Positions 20,777-30,519 are shown, counted from the stretch's first letter. The stretch: DNA of 64,000 bases from a bacterium (GCA_963675295.2 CAXXKJ010000002.1:608001-672000); one strand, 5' to 3'. Numbers and translations are program-made. The notes: a model not told the origin generated them from the letters alone.

Positions 20777-22210
20777 ATGACAACACGCAAGAAGATCTTC
20801 GTGCTGGCGTTCGCCGTTCTCGCCGGCCTGACTAGTTGGGGGACAACGTACGCGATGCACCCGGTGCAGGCGCGGGACGTGTCCATGGGCATGACCTCGG
20901 CGGCGGACGCGATCGGTGTCCGGGTCGTCGGGCTGAACCCGGCGTTTCTCGCCTTCAAGGATCAGCCGAAGGTGACGGTCTCCATTCCGATCATCAACTT
21001 CGGGTTCCGGTTCGGCAACAACGCCTATTCGAACAAGGACGTGTTTGATTACTTCCGCAGTGACATGTACTGGACGGATGATATCAAGCAGATCCTCGCG
21101 GACAAGGTGGATCAGGACAAGTTAAACTTCAACACGGACTGGTACGCCCGCTTTATCGGATTCAGCTTTCCGACGCAGTACCTGACGATGGCGTTCACCT
21201 ACGACATGGGCATGGGCATCGACGCGGATTTGGATGACGAATTTACCGACCTCGCGTTGATGGGCAATCCGGTCGAGAATCTGGGCGAATTGAAGGAATT
21301 CTCCGAGACGGACATGTCCGGGGTATGGTTGTCGCGGCTTGGCTTCACCTTCGCCAAGAACTTCAACTACGCCGAGGAAGTGGACTGGTTGGAAGAGCTG
21401 ACCGCTGGCGTCACCTTCAATTACTTCCTCGGGCACGCCTTCGCCGACGTTGACGAATTCGAAGGTTCCTTCCTCACCGATTACGACGGCACGCGCTCCT
21501 ACGCCTACTTCGAAGTCGTCGGTGCCGGCCAGTTGAGCGGCAACGAAGAGGACGACTTCTATTCGGACAAGTTCATCGCGGGGAACGGTGTCGGTGTTGA
21601 CCTCGGGATCGGAATGAAGCTGCTGGAGGGACGGGCGACCGCCGGCTTGAGCATCATCAACCTGATCAACCAGATGACGTGGGATGAGGGCAAGCGCGCG
21701 GTGTATGCGATGGACCTTGACGGGCTTCCGTTAAGCGGCATGAACGACGAGAACTACTGGGAAGACAACTTTAATCCGGTGGACTCGCTGTACGCGGAAA
21801 CGGAGAACCTGAAGACCGAGCTGCCACGTCTGATCAAGCTGAACGGCGCCTATGTGCTCAATGAGCGGATCACGCTTACGGGCGGGATGACAGCCCAGAC
21901 CAACGACGTGATCGGCGCGGATGCGTTCCTGCGTGCCGGGTTGGGTATCCAGCACTATACGCTCGACTGGTTGAACCTGCGCGGCGGGGCGAGTGTCGGC
22001 GGACGTTCTGGCCTGGCGTTCGGCCTCGGATTCGGCCTCCGATACGGCTTCTGGCAGACCGATTTCGGCATGGGTTGGGAGCACGGGATGTTCGACTTCG
22101 CCAAGGGCATGCGTTTCGGCATCAGCTCGATCTTTGTCTTCGACCAGCTCGACCTGTACGGCATTCATGGCGATTACGACGAGGAAGCCGGCGACAACAC
22201 GTTGGAGTAG
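20777..22210 (+). CDS. Outer-membrane beta-barrel protein (DUF5723/FadL-like)
   Basis: Signal peptide, 'MGM..A...NPAFL' hatch-like motif, 'GVGVDLG', Gly/aromatic C-terminal strands. Confidence 0.65.
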   Translation: MTTRKKIFVLAFAVLAGLTSWGTTYAMHPVQARDVSMGMTSAADAIGVRVVGLNPAFLAFKDQPKVTVSIPIINFGFRFGNNAYSNKDVFDYFRSDMYWTDDIKQILADKVDQDKLNFNTDWYARFIGFSFPTQYLTMAFTYDMGMGIDADLDDEFTDLALMGNPVENLGELKEFSETDMSGVWLSRLGFTFAKNFNYAEEVDWLEELTAGVTFNYFLGHAFADVDEFEGSFLTDYDGTRSYAYFEVVGAGQLSGNEEDDFYSDKFIAGNGVGVDLGIGMKLLEGRATAGLSIINLINQMTWDEGKRAVYAMDLDGLPLSGMNDENYWEDNFNPVDSLYAETENLKTELPRLIKLNGAYVLNERITLTGGMTAQTNDVIGADAFLRAGLGIQHYTLDWLNLRGGASVGGRSGLAFGLGFGLRYGFWQTDFGMGWEHGMFDFAKGMRFGISSIFVFDQLDLYGIHGDYDEEAGDNTLE

Positions 22211-22419
22211 ACTACGGACTACGGACCGCGGAATGCAGTCAGCGGACCAGGGCCGGCAGAGTCTAGATTGGCGACTACTACACTTCGATTTGCGGACGAT
22301 TGTCCGCCTTGACCCGGCGACACCCGTTGCCGGGTTTCTCTGTCAGTCACAGGTTGACGTTCGCGAATTGACCACGGGTCGCGCAGGGTTGCGGGTACGT
22401 GTCGACTGGTGGCCGATGT

Positions 22420-22557
22420 GTCATTCCTCACGGAACGAAGAGACGTGAGGAAGAGCCCGCTTCGAGGAAGCCGGCGACTTCGACCAGGATGAATCAAGAG
22501 CGAACCCGCTGGCAAGCTGGCTCTTCCTCAGCCGCATACACGGGGCTGAGGAATGAC
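22420..22557. repeat. 138-bp palindromic MITE/REPIN-like element
   Basis: Terminal IR GTCATTCCTCA...TGAGGAATGAC with inner IR TGAGGAAGAGCC...GGCTCTTCCTCA. Confidence 0.7.
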
Positions 22558-22629
22558 GTGCATCGTAGTCTCCGCCGGTTGATCACCATCTCCGGACGTT
22601 GCCAACGGCCGCCCGCAGCCCGCAGGTCT

Positions 22630-22672
22630 CCATGATACCCGACTTGGCCAAAACCATCCAGTCGGGCCACAC
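22630..22672. repeat. REP-like palindrome, copy D
   Basis: CCATGATACCCGACTTGG...CCAGTCGGGCCACAC. Confidence 0.75.
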
Positions 22673-22897
22673 CGGGTCGCCGCCCGCAGCCCCCCGATCC
22701 CGAACCGCCGAGAGACGAGGAACGAGAGCCCAGAGACGAGTGAAGAGTCCACCCGCGGTTTGTGTGGTTGAAATCAACCAATTGGTTCGTATCGACCACG
22801 TCAATCCAGCCACTGGTTGATATCGCTCACGGCGGGTAGGAGGGGAGAGTATAGCTAAGATTGGATATAGAAGTGAGTTAAGGAATGAGAAGAAAAC

Positions 22898-22913
22898 TGG
22901 CACGCGGCTTGTA
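22898..22913 (+). promoter_or_regulatory. Possible sigma54-type promoter
   Basis: TGGCAC-GCGGC-TTGTA; one mismatch at the -12 C. Confidence 0.4.
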
Positions 22914-22977
22914 AATGAAGTAGGCGAACAGCGACAGACAGGCGATCAGGGACAAGACAGGAAGGGGAGGACGACAG

Positions 22978-23172
22978 ATGGAGCAGCGGCAGTTTCTGGC
23001 AATCGTCCTCGCCGTGATCTTGTTCGGAATTTCAGTCGCCATGGGTGTGAACGTCGTGATTGACGGAATAGACGCAAACGCCCGGCACCAGATGAGTCAG
23101 TCGCAGGAAGTCAGTTTGAACTTTGAAAACAATCTCGTCACCTGGAACACCTTCCCACACATGCAAATGTGA
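22978..23172 (+). CDS. Small pilin-like single-TM protein
   Basis: SD GGAGG; 'MEQRQFLAIVLAVILFGISVAMGVN' hydrophobic N-terminal helix. Confidence 0.55.
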   Translation: MEQRQFLAIVLAVILFGISVAMGVNVVIDGIDANARHQMSQSQEVSLNFENNLVTWNTFPHMQM

Positions 23173-23394
23173 GTTTCTTGTGGCGCATCCTCCTCCTAGG
23201 GGCTGAGGCCTGAGCAACCTGGCCCCTGATTTGATGGCAACCTGCCGGTGACGGCAGTGACCATAAAGCAGTACCGCAGGACCTTGACAAGCGATGAGAG
23301 AGCAGAATGGGCGGCCGAGCGTCGCTCCCTCGCCCATGTCTCAACCCCCATTCCATGCCCCGGCGTCGACCGCCCCTTTTGTTCTCTCAATCAC

Positions 23395-23423
23395 ACGCCC
23401 AGCCCAATCAGCTGGGCGTTTTG
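23395..23423 (+). terminator. Intrinsic terminator
   Basis: ACGCCCAGC-CCAATCA-GCTGGGCGT-TTT. Confidence 0.6.
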
Positions 23424-23457
23424 TTTCTGCACAGGTTTTGATTTATGAGGTCACTCG

Positions 23458-23889
23458 ATGAGTGGTTTCGCCTGGATCAAGTGGATGTTATGCGCGAGTC
23501 TGGACGTTGCGGTCCCGGGCTGGCGCACCCTTCACCGTGAAACCGCCGGGTCCGATGGTTGGCGGCCTGGTCACCGGGTGATCACGGTCTTCCCCTCTCT
23601 CCACTCTCTTCTTGCAGCAGTACGGCATGTCATCCGCATGACAGAGGATTGGCTTTGGGGTGAACAGCAACGGGCTGTAGTGTGTCCGGTACGGACGTCC
23701 GGTACAGACCCGTTGGGGAGATGCATGATGAACCGCAATAGTACAGCTCCACCGGCGTTGAACTACCTGTTGTTTCTGGTGGTCTTGTTGTTGGTCGGCT
23801 TCCTGCTTGTCTGTGTTCCGACAGAGGTATTCTCGCAGGAAGTGGCAGTACAATCGGCCAATGACTGGGTGTCTGTGTTGATTGGCTAG
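23458..23889 (+). CDS. Hypothetical membrane protein (may start at 23725)
   Basis: GAGG upstream of 23458; one strong TM segment near the C-terminus. Confidence 0.3.
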   Translation: MSGFAWIKWMLCASLDVAVPGWRTLHRETAGSDGWRPGHRVITVFPSLHSLLAAVRHVIRMTEDWLWGEQQRAVVCPVRTSGTDPLGRCMMNRNSTAPPALNYLLFLVVLLLVGFLLVCVPTEVFSQEVAVQSANDWVSVLIG

Positions 23890-24182
23890 TGCTGATTGAC
23901 ACGATCCTGATCGACGGATCGAAGTACCGCGATCACCAGAAGTTACGCCATTGGAAAGTTTGAAAACGACCGAATCGGGAAAGAGGAGAACTCTGAGATA
24001 AAGGCAGGATATACAAAAAACAACAAATTCGGAATCGTTCCGGATGATCGCAGAAGACGAGAAATGCCACGGACTTAGGCCCGTGGCAGAATTTTTAGTA
24101 GGCGCTTACTCCAGCCTCTTCACCCAGAAAACCTCACACCTCACACCTCACGCCTCATACCTCGCATCTCATACCTGCCTTT

Positions 24183-24983
24183 CTACAGATCCTCGAGTCG
24201 CAGAGCGGCCTGCCCGGCTTCCGGGCTGTCGGGAAAGTCGCGGGTGATGGTTTCGAAGTGTCCGCGCGCGGCATCGTTTTCGCCGGCATCCATCGCGAGG
24301 ATCCCCAATTTGAGCAACGTAGCCGGCAGGCGGTTGCTGTCCGGGTATTCGCCGAGTACACGATTGAACATCGTCTGGGCGGAGTCTGGCTGCTCGTCCG
24401 CCATGAACGATTCCGCGAGCCAGTACAGCGCGTCATCGGCGAGCGGCGATTCCGGGAAGGTCGTCAGCAGTTCACGGTAGCCCATCCGTGCGAGCTCATA
24501 TTCACCACGCAGGTATTCTTCCTGGCCCTGGTCGTAGAGCGCGCGTTCTTCTTCGGATGCGCGGACGCCGTCTATGGTCGCCGGGTTGCGCAGCGTTTTG
24601 TTGACTTCTTCGAGGCTCTTCAGCAGTGAACTCAGCAGGCGTTCATTTTCCTCGAATCGGTTGGTCAGCGTGTACAGCCGCCGTTCGAAATCCTGGCTGG
24701 TGGCGCTTTGGTCGGCCTGCATCGCGCGCAGTTCCTGGCTCACATTTTCGCCGAGCAGGGCCTTGATGCTGTCAATGTCGGCCTGCATCTGCTGCTGCTG
24801 ACGATCCAACTGGACCAGCCGTGCGCGGAATTCGCTGTGATCTTCCTGGAACTGGACGATCTCTTCCTTGGACGCCGCACAGCCGAGCATCAGCAAAGCG
24901 ACGGAAAGGGTGATGCCCAGGCGGAGCTGTTGCATCGCACGTCGGACCGTGCGCCGGATCGACACGAGTATCGGTTTCTGCAT
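24183..24983 (-). CDS. cpoB: Tol-Pal system protein YbgF/CpoB (coiled coil + TPR)
   Basis: Lipobox LMLGC, coiled coil, 'FPESPLADDALYWLAE' TPRs; directly downstream of pal. Confidence 0.85.
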   Translation of the reverse strand: MQKPILVSIRRTVRRAMQQLRLGITLSVALLMLGCAASKEEIVQFQEDHSEFRARLVQLDRQQQQMQADIDSIKALLGENVSQELRAMQADQSATSQDFERRLYTLTNRFEENERLLSSLLKSLEEVNKTLRNPATIDGVRASEEERALYDQGQEEYLRGEYELARMGYRELLTTFPESPLADDALYWLAESFMADEQPDSAQTMFNRVLGEYPDSNRLPATLLKLGILAMDAGENDAARGHFETITRDFPDSPEAGQAALRLEDL

Positions 24984-25012
24984 GGGTACGGAACCTCGGC
25001 TTCGTCGCGAGT

Positions 25013-25594
25013 TTAGCGGACGACGGTCACGGCCCGGCGATTCTTCGCCCACGCCGCTTCGTTCGAGCCTTGCACTTCCGGACGTTCCTCGCCGTAGCTG
25101 ACGAGCCGTACGCGGGAGCCGTCGATGCCATAATCGATGTAGTACTGCTTCACCGACGCCGCGCGCCGTTCACCCAGCGCGAGGTTGTATTCGGTTGAGC
25201 CGCGTTCGTCGCAATGGCCTTCGACGGACACCTTCCAGTCGGGATACTTGCGCAGCATCTCGGCGTTGTGCCGGAGGGCGTCCCGGGTCGCGGCGGACAG
25301 CGAGGACTGGTCGAACTCAAAGTAGACAACCTTCAGGCTCGCCTTGTCCTGGCTGATCTGGCGCATCTTGCGTTCTTCGGCGAGACGCAGCTCTTCCAGC
25401 CGGCGGCGTTCCAGCTCTTCGACCGTCGGCAGGGTATCCTCGACGATCGGTTCCGGCTCGATGTCCTGGAAGCCGGTGGTATCGATGGGGATTTCTTCGA
25501 TGGGTGGGGTTTCCTGTTGCTTGGATGCACACCCGGCGAACAGGATCGCCAGGGTGAAAAGAACCACGAGGGACAGCAGGCCAGAACGTTTCAT
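25013..25594 (-). CDS. pal: Peptidoglycan-associated lipoprotein
   Basis: Lipobox FAGC; 'VYFEFD', 'EGHCDERGSTEYNLALGERRA', 'NRRA'. Confidence 0.95.
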   Translation of the reverse strand: MKRSGLLSLVVLFTLAILFAGCASKQQETPPIEEIPIDTTGFQDIEPEPIVEDTLPTVEELERRRLEELRLAEERKMRQISQDKASLKVVYFEFDQSSLSAATRDALRHNAEMLRKYPDWKVSVEGHCDERGSTEYNLALGERRAASVKQYYIDYGIDGSRVRLVSYGEERPEVQGSNEAAWAKNRRAVTVVR

Positions 25595-25827
25595 TCGTAC
25601 GGTCCTCGAAAACGTTTTTGTGTTGGTTGGTGGCGAAACGAGGATCGCCCCCCGTATCTTAGACTCGCCGGGAGGCAAAATCGTTGCATGAAAACCCTTG
25701 CGGGGGTCTCCCGCGCCCATGTGGAAAGTAGGAGAACGGCGAGAGCTGCGCAATTCGACCCGAGAGACGATTGCTTCTCCGGCTGCCTTGACAGCACGGA
25801 CCGTGAATCCTATTTTGTCGCGCCTGT

Positions 25828-25901
25828 TGGGGATTGGTGTAATGGCAACACGCCTGACTCTGGATCAGGTAATCGGGGTTCGACTCCCTGATCCCCAGCC
25901 A
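25828..25901 (+). tRNA. tRNA-Gln (CTG); integration target
   Basis: TGGGGAT acceptor, CCTGA-CTCTGGA-TCAGG anticodon arm, GGTTCGACT, ATCCCCA-G-CCA. Confidence 0.95.
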
Positions 25902-25904
25902 TCG

Positions 25905-25946
25905 ACCCGCAAGTTCTGTAAAAACAGGGCTTGTGGGTTTTTCTTT
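25905..25946 (+). terminator. Element-supplied terminator after tRNA-Gln
   Basis: ACCCGCAAGTTCTG...CAGGGCTTGTGGGT followed by TTTTCTTT. Confidence 0.6.
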
Positions 25947-25999
25947 CTCCTAGATTTGCCATATATTTGCCAAGTCGGCAGAAATTCGGCGAGGCAATC

Positions 26000-27109
26000 A
26001 TGGCAGCTCCATCCTTCCCAAACGTCCGCACACGGAAGAATCCCAAGGGCAAAACGGCCTACTACATCGACTACTTCGATCCGTTCAAAAACAAGCGTGT
26101 CCGCGAGACAGCCGGAACCCGGAAAGACCTTGCCCAACAGAAGGCCGTCCAAGTCTACAACGAAATGATGGCAAAGTGGAACGGCATTCCCGAGCCTGTT
26201 GAAGTGATGGATGTACTCCTGACGGATCTGGCGAACCGGTTCCTAGCTGACAAGCGGATTCGTACCCGCAGTTCAACCTACCGCCGCTATCGGGCACCCA
26301 CGAACAACTTTGTCCAGTTCATGAAGGACAGCTTTCCCAAGGTCACAAATGCCGGTCAGGTGACGAAAGCACAGATTGACGAATACCTGACGCATCGTCA
26401 CAACATGGAAATGGCGACAGCGACGCTGAACATGGAATTGCGTGCCATCAAGGCGATGTTCAATTTCGCCATCCAACAGGGTTGGCTTCAGGAAAATCCA
26501 GCCCAGAAGATCAAGAAGTTCAATGCTTCAGAAGGTGCGGAAAAGATCGAGTACTGGACAAAAGCAGAAGTTGTGCGCATACTAAATGAAGTGAAGCCGT
26601 ACTACCGGGACGCCTTCGAATTTCTTTACAGGACGGGTATCCGGCGCGAAGAGCTGACAAATCTGACTTGGCAAGACGTTACGAATCTAGACAAGAAAGA
26701 TCCGACCATTGCTATCCAGGGCGGACCGCACAAGAACGGGTGGCTGCCGAAGACAGGCAAGCGACGAATCATTCCGCTATCACCAAGTGCAGCGGAAATA
26801 ATCAGGCGTCAGGGCAAATCAGATCTGCACCCATACGTCTTCAAATCCAAGACGGGTAAGGTGTTAAGGGGCAACAAGCTTCGGGATGAACTTGCACGAA
26901 CACTGGGTAAGCTCGGCCTTCAGGGCAACGTTCATAAGTTCCGCCATACGTTTGCCAGCCACTTGGTGATGAAGAATGCAACGTTGCAGACCGTCGGTGA
27001 GTTGCTTGGGCATTCAGATCCCAAGACAACAATGATCTATGCGCACCTCGCACCTGATCATCTTAGGGTAGCAGTAAATCTGCTGGATAACGAAAATTCA
27101 GAAATCTAA
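26000..27109 (+). CDS. Tyrosine recombinase/integrase
   Basis: 'TGIRREEL', 'KTGK', 'HKFRHTFA', 'LLGHSD..TT.IY'; N-terminal arm-binding-like domain. Confidence 0.95.
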   Translation: MAAPSFPNVRTRKNPKGKTAYYIDYFDPFKNKRVRETAGTRKDLAQQKAVQVYNEMMAKWNGIPEPVEVMDVLLTDLANRFLADKRIRTRSSTYRRYRAPTNNFVQFMKDSFPKVTNAGQVTKAQIDEYLTHRHNMEMATATLNMELRAIKAMFNFAIQQGWLQENPAQKIKKFNASEGAEKIEYWTKAEVVRILNEVKPYYRDAFEFLYRTGIRREELTNLTWQDVTNLDKKDPTIAIQGGPHKNGWLPKTGKRRIIPLSPSAAEIIRRQGKSDLHPYVFKSKTGKVLRGNKLRDELARTLGKLGLQGNVHKFRHTFASHLVMKNATLQTVGELLGHSDPKTTMIYAHLAPDHLRVAVNLLDNENSEI

Positions 27110-27790
27110 TGACTGATTTTTTCTCGAAATTGACGATTTTTGATCCGGATTCGCGCATGAAGAAATCATGTCTTGACAGAACTGAAAAGCTGTCGCATAA
27201 ACCATATAGGGCGCGTTTCATCGGTGGCAGCGATTTCGGTCACTCGACCTAAATCAAACAACAGCAGACCCCCGCCAGGGCAGCCGACATAGGGGCGTAC
27301 GCCCCGCTGAATCCGCAAGAATTCCGCGCGGACCCAGGACAGCGACATTCCGACAAAACGACATTCCGACATTCCGGTTTAACTGGAAGATCGCAATGTC
27401 ATGGTCAGCTGAATTTTGGCGAAATCAGCAATTTTTGATCCGGATTCGTGCAAGAAGAATTTGGGTCTTGACAAATTCAGGAATAGTCGTATCCTGTATA
27501 CAGGGCGCGCAGAACTTTTTGTTCCCTCGATCAGGGTTGTACGACAGCAGACAGCAGACAACCTACCAGCGACACCCTACAGATTGGTGGATTGATTAAA
27601 TCTAGTATCCGGGATTCCCCATCCCGAGGTTGGTTACCCCAATCCATATAGTAACACCCGACCGTGTTTCGGATTTCACTTCATCATCCCGCTTCCAGGG
27701 ATAGCCCGTCCAGGAATTCAGTGGACGGGTTCCCTAACCCGTGGTGATGACTGAAAATGCACGGAACATGATCACAACCAGGAGAAAGAC

Positions 27791-28024
27791 ATGGGACTAC
27801 ATACAGCTACAATCGAAGTACTTGAAGATGACCGCCTGTGTGGGGCGGTCATGAAAGCGGTGGAAAGGAACTATTCAAACCGCTACATCCAGCGTCAATT
27901 CGGCGTTTCCAGACGCCAGCTGGAAAGAATCGTCCAGACGTATTCGAATCCGCAGAATGGAACGACATCAATCGGGAATAAGAATGTGAATGGATGGTTA
28001 ACCGCAGTAAAATCAAAAACATAA
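27791..28024 (+). CDS. Small HTH DNA-binding protein
   Basis: SD AGGAG; 'SNRYIQRQFGVSRRQLERIV' HTH pattern. Confidence 0.65.
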   Translation: MGLHTATIEVLEDDRLCGAVMKAVERNYSNRYIQRQFGVSRRQLERIVQTYSNPQNGTTSIGNKNVNGWLTAVKSKT

Positions 28025-28041
28025 ATTAATCGGAGCTAAAT

Positions 28042-30519
28042 ATGACAAGTGAAATCAAACGAACACTGGAAACGATCTGCGGGGAGGATCAAATCACAGA
28101 ATTGCGCGCCTTGAACGTGCGCGATCCAGAAACGGGGAATACCAGGAATCACAGCGGTTTCTTCAACGACTACGAAGCAATGGCGTCAGAAGCAGAACGA
28201 ATCGGCCAATACGCCGAAGGGGTCTATTTCACACCGAATCCAATCGATGTAGACGCCGTTCAAGGAAAGCTGAACGAGCTGACACCGGGGTCAACCGGTG
28301 GTTCGGCAAAAAACCATGACATATCCAGAATACACTGGCTGCTGATCGACTTCGACCCAGTTCGTGAAGCCAGGATATCGTCAACCCAAGAAGAACAGAC
28401 TGCTGCCCTTGATCTGGCAGTAAGGGTAAGCGTGCAAATGTCCACACTTGGTTGGCCAAAACCGATTTCTGCCAGTTCAGGAAACGGGGCACATTTGATG
28501 TACCGCGTTGACCTACCCGTCGAAGACAGCGGGCTGATCCGTGGGGCGCTGGAAGCGTTGGCAGGCATGTTCGATACGCCAAGGGTAATCATCGACAAGT
28601 CCGTCCACAATCCGGCGAGAATCTGGCGTTTGTATGGTACGTGGGCGCGCAAGGGTGAAAACACGCCCGAACGTCCGCATCGTCCAAGCCATATCCTGTG
28701 GGACGAATCGCCACAATATCCAGAAGTCGTTTCACGCTACAAACTGCTGGCGATACAACCGGCCAAATTCGAACAGCCGACTTCGTCGGATGATACTGGC
28801 AGCAGCGGTTTTGATCTTGAAGACTGGATTGAAACCCACCGTCTGAAGCTGAACACCTATGGAATTACGGGGCCACATTCGTGGCCCCATGTTGGAACCA
28901 GTTCCGGAACCCGTCAGGAAGGCAAGCGCTGGGTGCTGCAAAGATGCCCTTGGAATGTTGAACACACCAACGCAGCGACATACATCGTTCAAAGGGCAGA
29001 CGGGGCGATTGCCGCAGGTTGTCATCATAACGGTTGCCAGGGTAAAGGATGGCATGAGCTGCGTGATGTGATTGAACCTGAATGGCGCAAACGACGTCGA
29101 TATCCGCATACGGACTATGGTAACGCCGAACGCCTGGTTGCCCATCACGGTGATGACATTCGCTACTGCTATCAGCAGAAGAACTGGTATGTCTGGGATG
29201 GTACCCGCTGGGCACTTGACGATACCGGCGCTGTCATGCGCAAAGCGAAAGCTACTGCCAGGGCAATTCTGCATGAAGCTGACGGTGTGCAGGATCGCGA
29301 AAAACGTGATGCCATCCTTGGATGGATGAAGCAATCCGAATCAGCCCAGAAGTTGAAGTCCATGATCGACTTGGCGGGCAGCGAAGAAAAGGTGGCCACA
29401 TCAGTCAACGAATTCGATCAGAATCCGTGGTTGTTGAACGTCGAAAATGGAACGATCGACCTGCAAACCGGCGCGCTGAAATTCCACGACAGGAACGATT
29501 TTATCACGAAGAAGCTGCCTGTACGCTGGATTGGTCTGGACGAACGTCTACCACTATGGGAACGCTTCCTGGATGAAGCGACCGATGGTGACAAAGACTT
29601 GCAGGCGTTCCTGCAACGCGCTGTCGGCTATTCCCTGACAGGCAGGACGGACGAAGAAGTTTTGTTTTTTGTTCATGGTCCTGCAGCTTCTGGAAAATCC
29701 ACCTTCATCGAAGCTGTGAAAAGCGCGATGGGTGACTACTGCACCACAGCAGATTTCGAAACCTTCCTGAAACGCAGCAACACAGGTGGAGCGCGCAATG
29801 ACATCGCCAGACTGGTGGGTTCACGATTCGTCGCATCCATCGAAGTTGATGAAGGCAAAGCCCTGGCGGAAGGTCTGATCAAATCAGTTACGGGTGGCGA
29901 CACTGTCAGCGCACGATTCCTGTTCAAAGAAGCATTCGAATTTGTACCCGTATTCAAACTGTGGCTTGTTGCGAACGATGCCCCAGATGTGAAAGCCGGT
30001 GACGATGCGATGTGGCGTCGTATTCTGCGTGTGCCGTTCGAACACGTGGTACCGAAAGACAAGCGCGATCCACAAGTCAAGGCGCAGCTGAAGAATCCAG
30101 AAATCGCTGGTCCTGCAATTTTAGCCTGGGCAGTGCGTGGCTGTCTGGACTGGCAGAAAGATGGGTTGAAAATCCCGGACGCTGTCACCAACGCGACTGA
30201 AGAATACCGCAAGGAAATGAATCCATTGTCGGACTTCATTACCGACTACTGCACCGTAGACACCAATGATCACGTCTTGTGGGAACCGACAGCAAATCTG
30301 CGACAGGCTTATCTGGAATGGGGCAGATCTAACGGGGCTGGACAACACATCAACGACCGCCAATTCGGAAAGCTGATGCGCGAAATGGACTGCCAACCTG
30401 AATCCAGGCAGTTCGCAGGGACAAAAACACGCGGATGGCAGGGTGTCCGATTGGATACGAAGCACCGCGACGACCACGGCAGGTTCAAACCAGTAGTTTG
30501 TTTTGATGGTCCGTTCTAA
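28042..30519 (+). CDS. Primase-helicase (AEP/PrimPol + Zn finger + D5_N + SF3 helicase; P4/D5 family)
   Basis: 'LIDFD', 'SGNGAH', 'CPW...H...CHHNGC', 'TDYGNAERL', 'LNVENG', Walker A 'GPAASGKST'. Confidence 0.9.
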   Translation: MTSEIKRTLETICGEDQITELRALNVRDPETGNTRNHSGFFNDYEAMASEAERIGQYAEGVYFTPNPIDVDAVQGKLNELTPGSTGGSAKNHDISRIHWLLIDFDPVREARISSTQEEQTAALDLAVRVSVQMSTLGWPKPISASSGNGAHLMYRVDLPVEDSGLIRGALEALAGMFDTPRVIIDKSVHNPARIWRLYGTWARKGENTPERPHRPSHILWDESPQYPEVVSRYKLLAIQPAKFEQPTSSDDTGSSGFDLEDWIETHRLKLNTYGITGPHSWPHVGTSSGTRQEGKRWVLQRCPWNVEHTNAATYIVQRADGAIAAGCHHNGCQGKGWHELRDVIEPEWRKRRRYPHTDYGNAERLVAHHGDDIRYCYQQKNWYVWDGTRWALDDTGAVMRKAKATARAILHEADGVQDREKRDAILGWMKQSESAQKLKSMIDLAGSEEKVATSVNEFDQNPWLLNVENGTIDLQTGALKFHDRNDFITKKLPVRWIGLDERLPLWERFLDEATDGDKDLQAFLQRAVGYSLTGRTDEEVLFFVHGPAASGKSTFIEAVKSAMGDYCTTADFETFLKRSNTGGARNDIARLVGSRFVASIEVDEGKALAEGLIKSVTGGDTVSARFLFKEAFEFVPVFKLWLVANDAPDVKAGDDAMWRRILRVPFEHVVPKDKRDPQVKAQLKNPEIAGPAILAWAVRGCLDWQKDGLKIPDAVTNATEEYRKEMNPLSDFITDYCTVDTNDHVLWEPTANLRQAYLEWGRSNGAGQHINDRQFGKLMREMDCQPESRQFAGTKTRGWQGVRLDTKHRDDHGRFKPVVCFDGPF

